In this document: positions 1 through 13,400 of the stretch, piece by piece | How positions within the stretch are numbered: the stretch's first letter is position 1 | Layout: every line of letters begins with the position of its first letter | Assembly: GCA_016748015.1 (NCBI GenBank) | Contig: JAAOMT010000620.1 | Span: forward strand, 98,940 to 162,939 | Direction: 5' to 3' | Length of the DNA stretch: 64,000 nucleotides | DNA from: Geosiphon pyriformis uo1 | Taxonomy: Eukaryota; Fungi; Glomeromycota | Program-made: the position numbers and the translations under genes | The notes under the pieces: generated by a model | The model's database searches: none | What the model saw: the letters and a program-made list of their open reading frames with translations, nothing else | What the model was told of the DNA's origin: nothing

Positions 1-1130
1 TAAAATAAACATAGTGTTCAATCATAATTTGATTCAAGTTTTAATTTTTTATATTTTTTAATTATATATTTTTATATAATACAAATCTATAAAGTTATAT
101 AAAAATTCAAAAAATTTTGTTCAAATTCATAAAAATTTTTTTTTTGATGTTTTTGACAAATATAATAAAAATTAAATTTAATATAATTTATAATGATAAA
201 ATCGGCAAGAAAATTAATAACTGTATATATCAGATCAAATTTTTCAGAATTTTATTTTTTGATAAAATATTTTTAATATATATTTTTTTAATATATATTA
301 TAAATTTAGTTTTTAATCAAGTATTACTTTGGTATACATTATTTTATTGATGAATAAAGCTCAAGTAGCTAAATAATTTTTCAATATTATCCTAAACATT
401 TTTTAATACCAAGAAAAAAATAAAGCAAGTTTAAAAGTTTTTTGAAAATAAGTAATTTGAAATTCAACTCATAATAATTAACAGAAAAAACTTTTAACAG
501 AAAAACTCTTAACAAAAAAATAAAAATAAAAATACAATCTATTTATTAAAAAATCAATTCAATTATATGAATAAAAGTAAAACAAATATTATAATATTAA
601 TTTATAATAATAAATAAGTATATATTTACTTGCTTTTTTTAAATTAGTCTTAATTATTATATTTGTTTTGAAACAAATCTAAATTTTATAATTCGAAGTT
701 TTCTAAATTTATTTTACTTTAAACAAAATTTATGCTTTTTAAAAACAATCAACCAAAAAATAATTAATATTATAACAAAATAATAATAAATCTTGACAAA
801 AGTAGTTAAAAATAAAAATAATTTAATTTAAAACATAAATTAAAGCAAAATTTTAAAAAATAAAAGAAAAACTTGTGGTTTTACTGTTTCAACAAAATGA
901 AAAACCTTTAACTACAAATGCTTTTTTTAATTGAACTTAGATATGAAATTAGATGACATATATAAAACTTTACATTTATTATAAGAGTAATTAAAAATAT
1001 TTATATTTATATATGCAAAATAAATAAAAAAGAGTATTATTTTAAAATATAATAATTTTATTTAATTTAAATCTAGTTTAATTTTTATTTATATGATATT
1101 ATTATTGAAACTCTAAATTTCTGTCACAAT
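1..1130. other. Extremely AT-rich tract, probably a hypermutated transposon relic
   Basis: Very low G+C and only spurious I/K/N/F/L/Y ORFs. Composition shifts near TGTCACA (~1122-1128), which resembles an LTR terminus. Confidence 0.3.
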
Positions 1131-1859
1131 AATAAAAAGATTTTATAATATCATTTTTTAGAACATACTCATAAGCGCTAAACTCTTGAAAATCAAACAT
1201 TAAGTGCGAATCATTTTCAATTTTCAATTTAATAAAGAAAATTGGTTTAGAATCAATTTAATTCTTGACTAAATTCCAATTTTTCCAAAGGTTAAACTAC
1301 ATTAAATAAACACTTAAAATATTACAGCTTATTTGACAAGTGCCAGTTTTTTATTTTAACATTAATAATGCTATTTACAGTTGCTTGTAATATTTAATTT
1401 TAAAAATCAAATGATTTTTAAGACATATTTCCACTTCGTTAAGAACTTCATCTTTTATAAAAAAGATTTATTTTGGCCATGCCTTTCTAATTTTTCTGGG
1501 TAAACACAATAACTCTGAAGTTTGGATATATGCAGACACGACTAACTCGCTTTTTAGAAAAGATTTAATGCAATTTATCTCCTCTTCATTTGAAATTCCA
1601 CTTAAATGATTTTGAAGAATTTTATTGTGAATTAATTACAGTTTTAAGCAAGAATGTAAATCATTATCTGAGGTTACAAACAATAAGATAGATGTTCTCA
1701 CACTAAAAATTGACTATTTATATTGATTAAATTTAAATTGAGAAATTCTTTTCCCGATGACTGAAAGATTGGTATCAATTATCTATGTGTAAACGAGATA
1801 ATTATAATTTCTATTTCCATTAAATAAATAGACTCCACGGAATAATATTCTTGAAAAGT

Positions 1860-2138
1860 TCAATAAATATATTTGTAGTGTCTCTTTACATTGAAACCAC
1901 CATTAATTATACCAGTGGAAAATTCACCATTTTGCTGGTTACCAATTGCATCCGAATTATACCCGTTCCTACCACTATTATCGTTAAAGCCTCCGTTAAT
2001 TATACCTTGGGAATTCTGGCCATTTTGCTGATTGCCAATGACTCTCCTGGGATATACTGGAGCTGCACTATATGCCGAAAGAATAGACAAGAGAAAGATA
2101 GCTGGGGATATCTGTATGAGAAAAAATTTACGAGTCAT
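1860..2138 (-). CDS. Small secreted protein (92 aa) with two IGNQQNGxxSxGIINGGFN repeats between dibasic sites
   Basis: ATG in AAAATG context; hydrophobic signal peptide ending AYSA; RR before repeat 1 and KR after repeat 2; upstream TATA box. Confidence 0.8.
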   Translation of the reverse strand: MTRKFFLIQISPAIFLLSILSAYSAAPVYPRRVIGNQQNGQNSQGIINGGFNDNSGRNGYNSDAIGNQQNGEFSTGIINGGFNVKRHYKYIY

Positions 2139-2238
2139 TTTAATAAATGTTTAGGCTTTTTAGGATTGTATAGGAAAGACTTCTTTTGGTGTATTGAAGT
2201 GTGGATGAAGAAATTTTGAACAGGGGAACCTCCTCTCC

Positions 2239-2245
2239 TTTTATA
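2239..2245 (-). promoter_or_regulatory. TATA box of the small secreted protein gene
   Basis: TATAAAA on the minus strand about 100 nt upstream of the ATG at 2138. Confidence 0.45.
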
Positions 2246-5229
2246 ACATTTTCACTTTCTCATTTCATTTAGGTTTCCTATGGAACAAATTACATGTATC
2301 TCGCTAAGCCTCTGGATCAACCTTGAACCTTTTTGGTCAGGCTCTAGCCTTTTTTGAAAAATTTCATGGTGAGAAAAATTAGATTCGGCACTGCCTAATG
2401 CCCAATAATTTCTATTATATGTAAAATATGCGCTCAATTATATTTCTGTCTAATTTAAAAATATGTCCTATTTAGTTAAATCATTTTGTATGTCAAATAT
2501 TACAGCAAGTACAACGAAAAGATTATAAAAAATTTAGCTGAAAGCACATAATGACAAAACAGAAAATATTGATTGTATAATTAGATTGTTCAGTATTAAT
2601 CTTGAACTTATTGATTGTGTGTAAAAGTAGATTGGAAAAATCTAATCGGCTGAAAAATGGTTACTGTCAAAAGCCTCCACTTACGAAAAACTATGTTACA
2701 TTTTAGAGGCCCTTTGAATTGATTTTGGTTAGAATAACTTTTTGATAAAGCCTTTATAACCACCGGGTAAGCCACCGCTGTAGACCATAATAAATAAAGA
2801 TAGATATGATTGGTCAATTAATATCGCAAACTTGTGTATTACCACAAAAACGGTTACTAGAAAAGAATTAAAAAATTTCAAAGTTTTTCTTCACTAAATT
2901 TAAATTAACACCAGTGAAAGGGTTTCATTTCGCAGTGTTTTAATGTTTCTCTATCAAAATCTTGAATTTAAGATGCCAAAAGTTAAGATTTTTTTGCTCT
3001 TCAATTCTCGTCACGAATCTACTTCCCATCAAAAATATTTGGGAAGAAAATTTAAAAGGACATCCTTGATTTATTTTTCGTGACAAATAGATAAGAAAGA
3101 TTTTTTAATCTCTATTTTCGGGTATAATAAAAAGCCTGGTTGAAAATTTATAGCCTTTGTGATACTGAGTGCTTAACATTTCCTATCATTTTGCAAGTTT
3201 CTAATTCAAACATCGATTTTTCTCCTTTTATTTTATCAAATAAAGCACTATGCTTAATGCCGAAGATGAGTTAGAATTAATAATAGTACTTCTAGCAGCA
3301 GACAAATAATTAAACCAAGCAAAATTAGTGATATTGTAGATTTTTTTTATAAAAAGAGCTGCTCAGCTTTTTTCTTAAAAATTTACTGAAAAACTGAAAG
3401 TGGAAGCGTATGCTTTTATTTTTTGGATAAACCTTATTCCAACTATACCTTTGATTTTTTTGAAATAATACTTGTGTTTAAGAGACCAGAATATGTAAAT
3501 TTACACCACAAACTCAAAGCATACATAAATATATTTAATGATTAAGTTTGAGATTTTTTATCAAATTCTTTATACAAAACCCTCTTTGAATTTTTTTCCA
3601 TTCAAACTATAAAATTATTGATTATTCTCATCAGAAAATAAGTACATTTCATAAATTTTGGTGTCAAGTAAAATAGAATAAGACAAGATATTTATTCTTT
3701 AAAATATCTAATTTAATTTAAAAATAAACACTTGAATAAATTTTTTTCCATTTTATAACAATCACAAAAGTGAAATTAATATTCAAATTTTGGTAAACAT
3801 TGTATTTTAAGGAATACAAAATATATATACATAATTAAAATTCTAGTTTCAATTTAAGCACTCATATTTAGTAATAAAACTTAAGATTCGTAATTTTTAT
3901 AATAATACATTAAATTAATATTTTAAATTAATAAACCACTATCATTAAATTTTTTAATATAAAAATTGACTAACGTATAGCTAAATTTTTTGACTTTTTC
4001 GACTTGTTTGTTGTTGTTGTTGTTTTTAAACTAGCACAATTAATTTATTATCTTTTAATGATTAAATAAATATTCCTGTATTTAATTAATTAAAAAATTA
4101 TTTTTGTATTTATTTTAATTCATTAAAATATTTTATGATTGTACTTGGAATTTTTGGTATCAAATATGTAGCATAATTAAGAAAAACAGATTTAAATTTT
4201 ATGCCAAAATAAAATTCAGTTTTCAAATATATTATTTTATATTTAGTTTCTTTTGAAGCCAAATTTATGAGATACTGCAAATAATTCCATGGGAGTAAAT
4301 ATATCAGTACAAACAAATAAACAAACAGACAAAACATAGAATATTATTAAAATATTGCCTTTTAAGAAATAGTAGTAAAATTAATAAATTGCATCAATAT
4401 TTTTTTATAATTAGTTTAAAGCAGCATGTTTTTTTTAACAATATTAAAAACTAATCAAAAATTTGTTAGTTCTAAGCCCACATTTTAATTTAATAATTAA
4501 AATAATTTTTTCATTTTGCATAAATCATTATTTATGCATAATTCATTCAAAAACCACAATATTTCTGCATTAAAATCGGTCTGAAAAATGAAAATGCTTT
4601 AGTCCAAATTCTATCTCGTGATGGAAGAGATCGCTAAAAAGAAGTTCTTAACTGTACAGATGAAAACTTTAAAGAATTTATTTGGGAACCTCTATCTTAA
4701 TTCAGTTTTTACCATATCTTCAGTTAATTTCTATTACAAAGCAAAACCATTTGAGGGAATTTTAACTGTAATCTTGTATAAAGACCTTATCTGATACATG
4801 TACCAGAGAGTCATCAAAAGTCTGTGAATTAGAAGTATTTTCGGATTTTTTTCATATCACTCAAGTTAATTTATATTACAAGTAGATTTACAGAACAAAT
4901 TAAGAAAATATATGATGAAGGATATCTAATATAATTTTCAATTACAAGATTTTACATGTTTTTTTGAAGTGTATTTCCTAAATAATTATTTTATCTATTG
5001 ATTTTATTGACTTAATAAAATCCAAGATCACTTTGCATAAAAAACAGCCAAGGAGATTAAATTAAGTTATGTTTCATCTTACTATTCAATAAACTACTCG
5101 AAATACTAACAGGTTGTTTAAATAATGAAAAGAATGTGATATAACAAGTGACCCCTTCCAAAATGAAAAACGAATCCCAGAAAATGGGCAAGGAGATTGG
5201 AAACTAAGACAAGTTTTTAAAAAGAAAAA

Positions 5230-8200
5230 TTATTTTCTAGGTTTTTGTAATTTTTTAAGTTTTTTCATAGCTTCCACAAAACCATTATCTACGCTTTTTT
5301 GATACCACTCGATAGCCTTAACAACATTTTCTTTCGTACCAATGCCTTTCTCATAGCAAAGACCAAGATGATATTGATTTATATTACTTCCTGCATTTGC
5401 TGCTTTGGAATAAAGTTCAAAAGCTTTCCCATAATTTTTAAATGTCCCCCAACCATTTTCATAGCAAAGAGCAAGGTTGTATTCCGCATCTGAATGTCCT
5501 GCATTTGCTGCTTTTGAATAGAGCTCAAACGCTTTCAGTAAATTTTTAGTTATTCCACATCCTTTTACATAACACCATGCTAAATTATATTGTGCATCTG
5601 AAAGTCCTGTTTCAGCTGCTTTGGAATAAAATACAAACGCTTTATCTAAATCTTTATTTATTCCCCATCCATTTTCATAGCAAAGAACAAGATTATACAG
5701 TCCAGTTGGATTTTTTATTTCTGCTACTTTTAAATAGAGTTCAAATGCTTTTTTTAAGTTTTTAGGCGTTCCCTGTCCGTTTCTATAACACCATGCTAGA
5801 TGAATTTGCGCATCTGAATGTTCTTTTTCTGCTGCTTTTGAATAGAGTTCAAAAGCTTTTATTATATTTTTCGCAGTTCCCCATCCATTTTGATAACAAA
5901 GCCCAAGATAGTTTTGTGCGTAAGGATTTCCCGCCACTGCCGCTTTTATAAAAAGTTCTAATGATTTCTCTTGGTCCTTTATGGTCCCCCATCCATTTTG
6001 ATAGCACAATGCAAGATCATATTGTGCATCTGAAAATCCTTGCTCGACTGCTTTGGAATAGAGTTCAAACGCTTTGTTTAAATCTCTTTGGGTTCCCCAT
6101 CCATTTTCATTTCAAAGAGCTAAATTATATTTTGCGGTTAAATTATTCGTTTCCGCTACTTCTGAATAGATCTTGAATGCTTTTTCCAGGTTTTTAGATA
6201 TTCCCAGTCCATTTCGATAACACCATGCTAGGTTAATTTGCGCATCCGAATGTCCTTTCTCTGCTGCTTTTAAATAGATTTCGAATGCTTTTTCAAAATT
6301 TCTAGTTGTTCCCTGTCCATTTTGATAACACCAGGCAAGGTTGTATTGGGCATCAGAATTCCCCAATTCGGCTGCCTTTGAATAATGCTCAAATGCCTTT
6401 CCAAAGTCTTTCGTTATTCCTCTTCCATTTTGATAGTACAATCCGAGATTATATTGAGCATCTGAACCTCCCTTTTCTGCTGCCTTAGAATAAAGCTGAA
6501 ACGCTTTTTCAAAATCTTTAGATGTTCCCCATCCGTTTTCATAGCAAAGAGCGAGGTTATGCAGCGCAGTTAAACTACCTGTTTCTACTGCTTTTGAATA
6601 GAGCTCAAATGCTTTTTCATAATTTCTAGCTGTTCCCTCTCCATTTCGATAACACCACGCAAGATGAACTTGTGCATCTGAATGACCAACTTGTGCTGCT
6701 TTCGAATAGAGTTTATATGCTTTTTCAAAGTTTTTAGTTATTCCCCATCCATTGCTATAGCAAAGAGCAAGATTAAATTGTGCACTTGAATTGCCGTCCT
6801 TTGCCGCGCTCGAATACAATTCAAATGCTTTTTGAAAGTTTTGATTTGTTTCCCATCCGTTTCCATAAAACCGTGCGAGACTGTTTTGTGCCTCTGAATC
6901 ACCTGCTTCTGCTGCTTCTAAATAGAGTTCAAACGCTTTTCCTAAGTCTTTAGTTGTCCCCAAACCATTTTCATAGCAAATAGCGAGATTTTTTCGGGCA
7001 CTTAAATTCCCTGTTTTTGCTGCGTTCGAATACAATTCAAATGCTTTCTCAAGATTCTGATTGGTTCCCCATCCATTTTGATAACAAATGGCCAAACTAT
7101 TTTGAGCTTTTAAATTACCGTTTTGTGTTGCTTTTTTGCATAGTTCAAACGTTTTTTCTTTATTTTTCGGGGTGCCAATACCATTGTAGTAACAATACCC
7201 TAGAAAAAGCTGCCCAAAAGAATCCTTTTCATTTGCGGCATTCTGATATTCTATAAATGCGGCTGTTGAATTAGGGATTGTGCCAATCCCATGTTCAAAG
7301 CAAAAGCCAATCAAAATATGTTGGATCGGTCGATTTGCAGTTTCTTTTTTGAGGTCATCAAAGAATTCTTTTGGTGTCTTCCGACTAGAATCAAGATATT
7401 TTGTAATCACATCGGCGATCTTTGAATGTTCATTGTTTGAAAATATGCTTAAATGTTCTGTGACGACTATAAGTGCTTCATTAGCTAATAAAGTCATGGG
7501 ATTGAGGGGAGGATTTCCAGGCTTTGAATCACTTAAATAATTGTGATGATTGTTCAAATTGGAAGAACTTGATATTTGTTCTGAGACTGAATTTCGAAAA
7601 TTTAGAGTTTCATTCCCTGCGCTAGAATGGAAACTGCTTTTAAAAGATAGTTCTCGTTCACCTGATATTCATTCAATATGAAGAAGACGATCATTGACTT
7701 CATGAATAGTTGGTCGATTCGAAGGCATGTCATCCCAACATTGGCTATAAAGAGTAACATAATCTGGTGGGGTGTTTACAACTGTTTTTTCCCGGAACCC
7801 ACTTAGGATTTCCGCTAAATGTTTCCTTATTCAATTTCGAGGTTCAAAAGACTAACAAAGATAAAAAAAATAAAAAAAATTTGCACTTACAAGCAAGTAA
7901 ATGGTAATCGTAATTTCGAAATGGAGGGTGACCACTGGAAAGCTCCCATAAGATTACTCCGAAAGCATAAATATCCGATTTTTCATCACGTATATACTTT
8001 GAATCTTTAAAGCACTGGGGATCAATATAAGCTGCTTGTCCATAAACCAAAGAGATATTCTCGTAAAGACTATGAGAATATTTGGGTAGCCCGATATCAC
8101 AGATTTTTATGGCATCTTGATGAACAAGCACGTTCATCGAGTTCTTTGAACGATTTTGAAATGCACAAAATATCTTTTAAATTAAAAACAAATTATGAAA

Positions 8201-8884
8201 ATTAATGTTATAGATTTAAAATTAAAAAAACTTACGAGATCTCTATGAATAATATTTTCTGCATGGAGAAAAGCAATCCCGTCCGTTAGTTCCTTTGCGA
8301 ATCGTAATTTATCTTTCCCATTCATATTGGGAAAATTTGATCCCAGATATTCCCGTAGAGATCCTCCGTTTGCATATTCCAGAACGAGCATATATTTAAC
8401 TCGACCATCTAAAAAGGCTTTAATTATGATTTGACATTCAATTTCGTTTTTGGTTATCACTTTAAAACTTACCTCTGCTTAAAGTCTTTGTGACACCAAA
8501 GAACTTTAAAATATTTGGAGAATACCCACCTGTTCTTAAAAATTGCATCTTTAAATAATAATAATTTTCTTGTTTAGCAAAAATACGTTTTGAAAGCTGT
8601 AAGACGAATTCATTACATACTTCTTTGATAAATGCTTTCATTTCAGATAAATCACTGTTTGAAGGATGTTTTAAGCTTTTCAAGGCAAATGATAAATCGC
8701 TGACACCTTTTGTCAACTTGGCACTAAAGACTTTCCCAAATCCACCTTCTCCGATCCTTTTTAAGCTATGAAACTCCTCAAAATCAAAACATTTGATATT
8801 TTTCTCTTGAATCGATTTCTCAATCCATTCAGAGGGTGAAGTTGGATTTTCAAATGATGGGTTAAGAGTATGTGAAGACATCAT
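5230..8884 (-). CDS. Tyrosine-kinase-like protein kinase fused to ~19 Sel1 repeats, with two in-frame TGA codons (possible pseudogene or recoded gene)
   Basis: Exons 8884-8621, 8548-8473, 8408-8236, 8143-7891 and 7814-5230 joined by GT-AG introns. Kinase motifs GEGGFG, ALK, HRDLNSMN, DIG, YIDPQ, SDIYAFGVILWE, CWDDMPSNRP. 36-aa AQYNLALCYENGWG-type repeats follow. TGA at 7669-7671 and 6112-6114; no frameshift. Confidence 0.85.
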
Positions 8885-10444
8885 GCTTTAGTAAAAATAA
8901 ATACGCGGGAGGTTTAAACAACGATAATGGATATCAGAGTCCACAAATTATACAGCTAAAGGATTATTTATACATTTCTTTGGGACTTACCCATGTCCCA
9001 CCAGGCAATTTACTTTTTCAGCAAATTCAAATTCCTAAGCAAAATTGCATGCAGTTCGTAATTGTGGTCCTTTGTGTAGCATCAGGAGTCATATGGAAAA
9101 AATTCCTATTTTACACATTGTTAAAATTATTAACGGAAGGTTTAAATGATGTAAAAGAATTTGTAAATGTGTGTCATTTAATTTTATTTTTCGAAATTAT
9201 CAAATATGGCTGAATAAAATGATACCAAACTAAATTATTTCAAAAATTTAACTAAGAGCCTAAATACAAAATTTTTTTTTAAATAATTACCATATGGTAG
9301 GTTTAATTAAACGTTCATAATTATTTTTAGAGAGTTGTCGACTTTTTCGAAATTTCTTTTCTCTTTAAATAAAATCAAGTTATCAAAAACTGTTTTTATG
9401 ATTTCTTTATAACCCAATTTTTTGACTTTGAATTTAAAATTTGGTAATTAAACATAAAATCTTGATATTAACTATGTTTAAACAATCTTTATTATAATTT
9501 TTTATTAAATTTCTTCATATAATTCAATTTTAATTTACAATTGTTCTTACTGTTGACAAATATATTTATTTTAATTAAAACTTTCCCAATAGCATTCGTT
9601 AATATGTAGATATCAATTATCTTAAAGAAAATTTTAGGTTCAGATAATTTTGCCCAATACATGTATTTGCTCGAAAAACAGACAAAATTGATGCAGAAAA
9701 TCAAATTTAACTTTTAAATTTTCTGACATGGATGAGTTGGTTATACAGAAAATCAAAGCAAGTATAAAGTTGGGAATCAGTCTGAATCAATTTCAAGAAT
9801 CACAACAGGTCTTTGGAAACATTCTCTGATTCTCAAAATTAATAGTGAACTACAAAAAAGTTGATTCCCGAAAGGCTTTTCGAATCTCTTAAATTTGACT
9901 GTAATTTAAAGACCACTGAAGCATGCTGATCGGGAGGTTAGAGCAGTGGAGTCAAATGGCCAAGATGCGACTTTTTGAGTTTTATTCCAAGTCAATGCTC
10001 TTAATCCAAAAATTTAGTTTCATAGTGAAATACATGCGTATGTTAATGACTTCACTTTTAATGTCTCAAAGCTTTCATTGGCTAATATTTATCTGTGTTT
10101 ACGCATGTATTTGAAATGTCATGTGATATTTAGCCATAATTTTACAAATTCCAACTTGTGTATCGAGTCACCAAGCCATTCAAAAATACACATTTTTAAG
10201 TTTTTTACTTTTCTGTACACGAGGATCTGGGTTACATGAAGATTTTTATACAATAAACTATACAGTAATTTTGAGTAGTTAAGAGTAAAATTTGCAAGCA
10301 GCACAAGTTCTGATTGTTTTTTTTTAGCAAAAGAATGATATTGAGAAATGAGAAGTGTTTGAAATCATATATCGCTAGTCTTTGCCTTAATTGAATTGGA
10401 AAGGTAAAATTTTAAAGAACAGATCTCAAGAATCAGAATTAATA

Positions 10445-13400
10445 TTATTGTTGCCACCAAGGATCAACATTATCAAGGTCAGGACGGGCGCTTTTATTTT
10501 GCTTTTTTTCATTCTTTCTTGAAATAGCAGGGTGTACATATTGTTCAGCGGTTATTTTCTGGTTATGATTAGTATCCCGTTGGGCAAAAGATGAAGTAGC
10601 CATCAGTTCGTCTTTATCATTGTCATCGTGGCGTCCGAAAAGTTCTTTACGTTGAACACTACGACCGCGAGGTGGTTCATTATGAGAAGGGCCGGAGTTT
10701 ACGGATTGACTTGCCCATGGTTTAATTCCATCATCAGCTTCCCTTCTCTTTCTCCATGGTATATCAGGACGATCTTCATCAATATCACTTCGTAGCCTAT
10801 CTTTTTGGGAGTCTTTTGCAGACCATAAAGGCTCTTGAGAAAAGGTTGCGCGTTGATTGGATACTGGTTCAATGGCTTCCTGACTTCCTTTATTTGAATA
10901 GAAGTTACCGCCACTTCGATAGTTCCCAGCTTGATTTTCTGTTCTAGTCTCCCACGGTGTATTATTATTATGATTATTATTATTAAAATTCCTGTCTCCA
11001 CCGCGGGTTTCCCGAGGCATATTCGAATCCCAATCACCTTCAGGACTTAATCGCTCTTTATTAGCTCTGGGCTTATGATTATTTTCCCAGAGTACATTCT
11101 TATTCCAGTCGTCACTACTCAAGTTATGATTGGATTTTGTTTCTTTGATAGGAACCCATCCGTCACCGGAAGAATCATGGACAGGTTTTGTTTCGTTTTT
11201 GTTTTCCCAAAATACTTTTTGTGAATTCCAACCGCTCCCATCATCAATATTATCATTTGCACGAGGTGTTTCTTTTTTGCTTTCCCAAGGTACTTTTTGC
11301 GAATTCCAACCGCTCCCATCACCAATATCATTTTTTGCACCAGGCGCATTTTTAGTATCCCATGGAAGTTTTCCATGATTCCAATTATTACCACCACCTT
11401 CATATTCATTAACAGATGTGTATGAATCATTGCCAACTGCGCCATAAGTATCTCCAAAAGAATCGCTTCTTTCAGAAGGGCAATCTCTAACCTCATGTCC
11501 TTTATGCAAACTAGTAATTAGTCTTTTACTCACAGATTTATATTGTAACATCGAAAAAATCAATAATTGAAAATCTACCTTTGCCACAATTAGAACAGAT
11601 TATTGGACGCCTTGGTTTCTGTTCTGAGCATTCTCGAGAAATGTGTCCTTCAGCACCACAATTATGGCTTTTCCATGAAATAAATGAATTTAGTAAAGTC
11701 TGACAATTGTGAGATTGAATACTAAACTGAAGGTATTAAAAAGTGACTTACCAAGTTCGAACTGAAGCGCCTCGGCCACCACGAGACCCCATTTCATGTC
11801 GGGCTACATGAGAAGGGTTATTGAATAAGTTATATAGATTAATCGAAAGGAATAAGTTCTATCAATAAAACTTACAATCAATTGCAGAACAATCACGAGA
11901 AATATGATCCGATGAACCACATTTGAAGCTGTTAATCAAAAAAATTATCAATGAATCTTATGTTGAACTTCATTCAATTGCCAGGAACATACATACCAGC
12001 TACGATCACCTCCCCCTTTACGATCACGTGCTATGGTTTTAAGAAAAGAGCCATTGGTTACTAATATCCGAGAGAAGGACAAGATTATTGCTTTTTACCT
12101 ACATTCAGCATAATAGTCGCGACGTGTTTCTGGACAGAATCTTAATTGGATTTTCAAGTGATAAGTTTAATAGGAGTTTTCAAAAATGAAGAGTTGTAAA
12201 CCATGAATTTTTTTGTCTTACTTTGTCCAATGTTCACAAGAACCACAATTTTGGCAAGTCAAGGGGGTACTACGCTCAACTTCTAAAAGTAAGAAATGAA
12301 TTTAAAAGATTGGTATGTAATCAAGGGAGCACCACTTAACCAATGATTTTGCGAAAAGTAACTGAAATACCTTTCTTTGGTTCAGGACAATCCCTGAAAG
12401 CGAGTAATTAAATTGTCAGTGATAAATTAATCAAACAAAACAATTTGATACAAATGTTCCAACATACTTTCCAAGATGGCCTTTGGATTTACAATTGAAG
12501 CATATAGCTTCGTGATTATCTCTCATGAAACCTGAGCCTGCCAACCATACCATATTTTCAACGGGATCTGAAGCGCGAACACCGGCAGTTCGAGGAAGCA
12601 CAGAAGGATCTCCCATTACAAGATTGGCAATATATCTTTTCCCAGGGTTACCTTGAAGATCTATTAATGTCTTATCCAGCGGTATATCTCTTTCCTTTCA
12701 AGCCGATATGGGTTATTATTAAAGCTGATGCTAATTATCATTGTGCGTCTAATCCAAAAAAACTCACCAAGGCCACAATGTGAGCATTGCACTTCGAATC
12801 TCTCAACTTTTTTTCGATCGATTGGAAAGTGTCAGTAGGCGATGCCTTTGCATATTCTTCAAATGCTTCTTTAAAATCATCAATATCTTTCTCCTTATCA
12901 GCGGCAAGCAATTTATTCCAGGCTTCATTAGCCGAAAGATCGGTTGGCTGGGGATTTGACCCTGTAGTAAAGATTGAATAAAAAAGTGAGCATTTAGTAA
13001 AGAAAATCTGTCACAGAATTTTAAGGATCAAAAGATTTATAATTACAAGGGGTCAATGCTGGCTTTGAACGTGAGTTAAAAGTACGTTCGGCAACTGCAT
13101 CTTCACCTGAACGATCTTCTGAACATTCTCGAGCGAAATGGCCAGGCTTTTGACACTTATAGCTAAGAATGAATGATTTAAAACGCAAATAATATGTGAA
13201 AAGTTGTAAGGAATAGCCAAATTAATTGGGCAGGTTTGAATTTAGCAGTTACCAAATGCCGCCTCCAATTCCACCACGAATGGGAGTTTGAATGGAACAA
13301 TCACGAGCAAAATGTCCTTGAATTTTGAATGATATAAAAGAAGTTTGTTATCGAAATAAAATTCAGTCATCTTGGTAAAAATTGAAATTATTGTTACCTT

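Noticed and set aside
1851-2219. 122-aa plus-strand ORF
   Set aside because: Antisense shadow of the secreted peptide gene, with a TTG start.
5230-8884. Genome-wide UGA reassignment
   Set aside because: TGA is used as a true terminator in this window (secreted peptide gene, LINE ORF1), and Trp and Cys use standard codons.
9700-10330. Short ORFs between the kinase and zinc-knuckle genes
   Set aside because: No recognisable domain or coherent exon structure.
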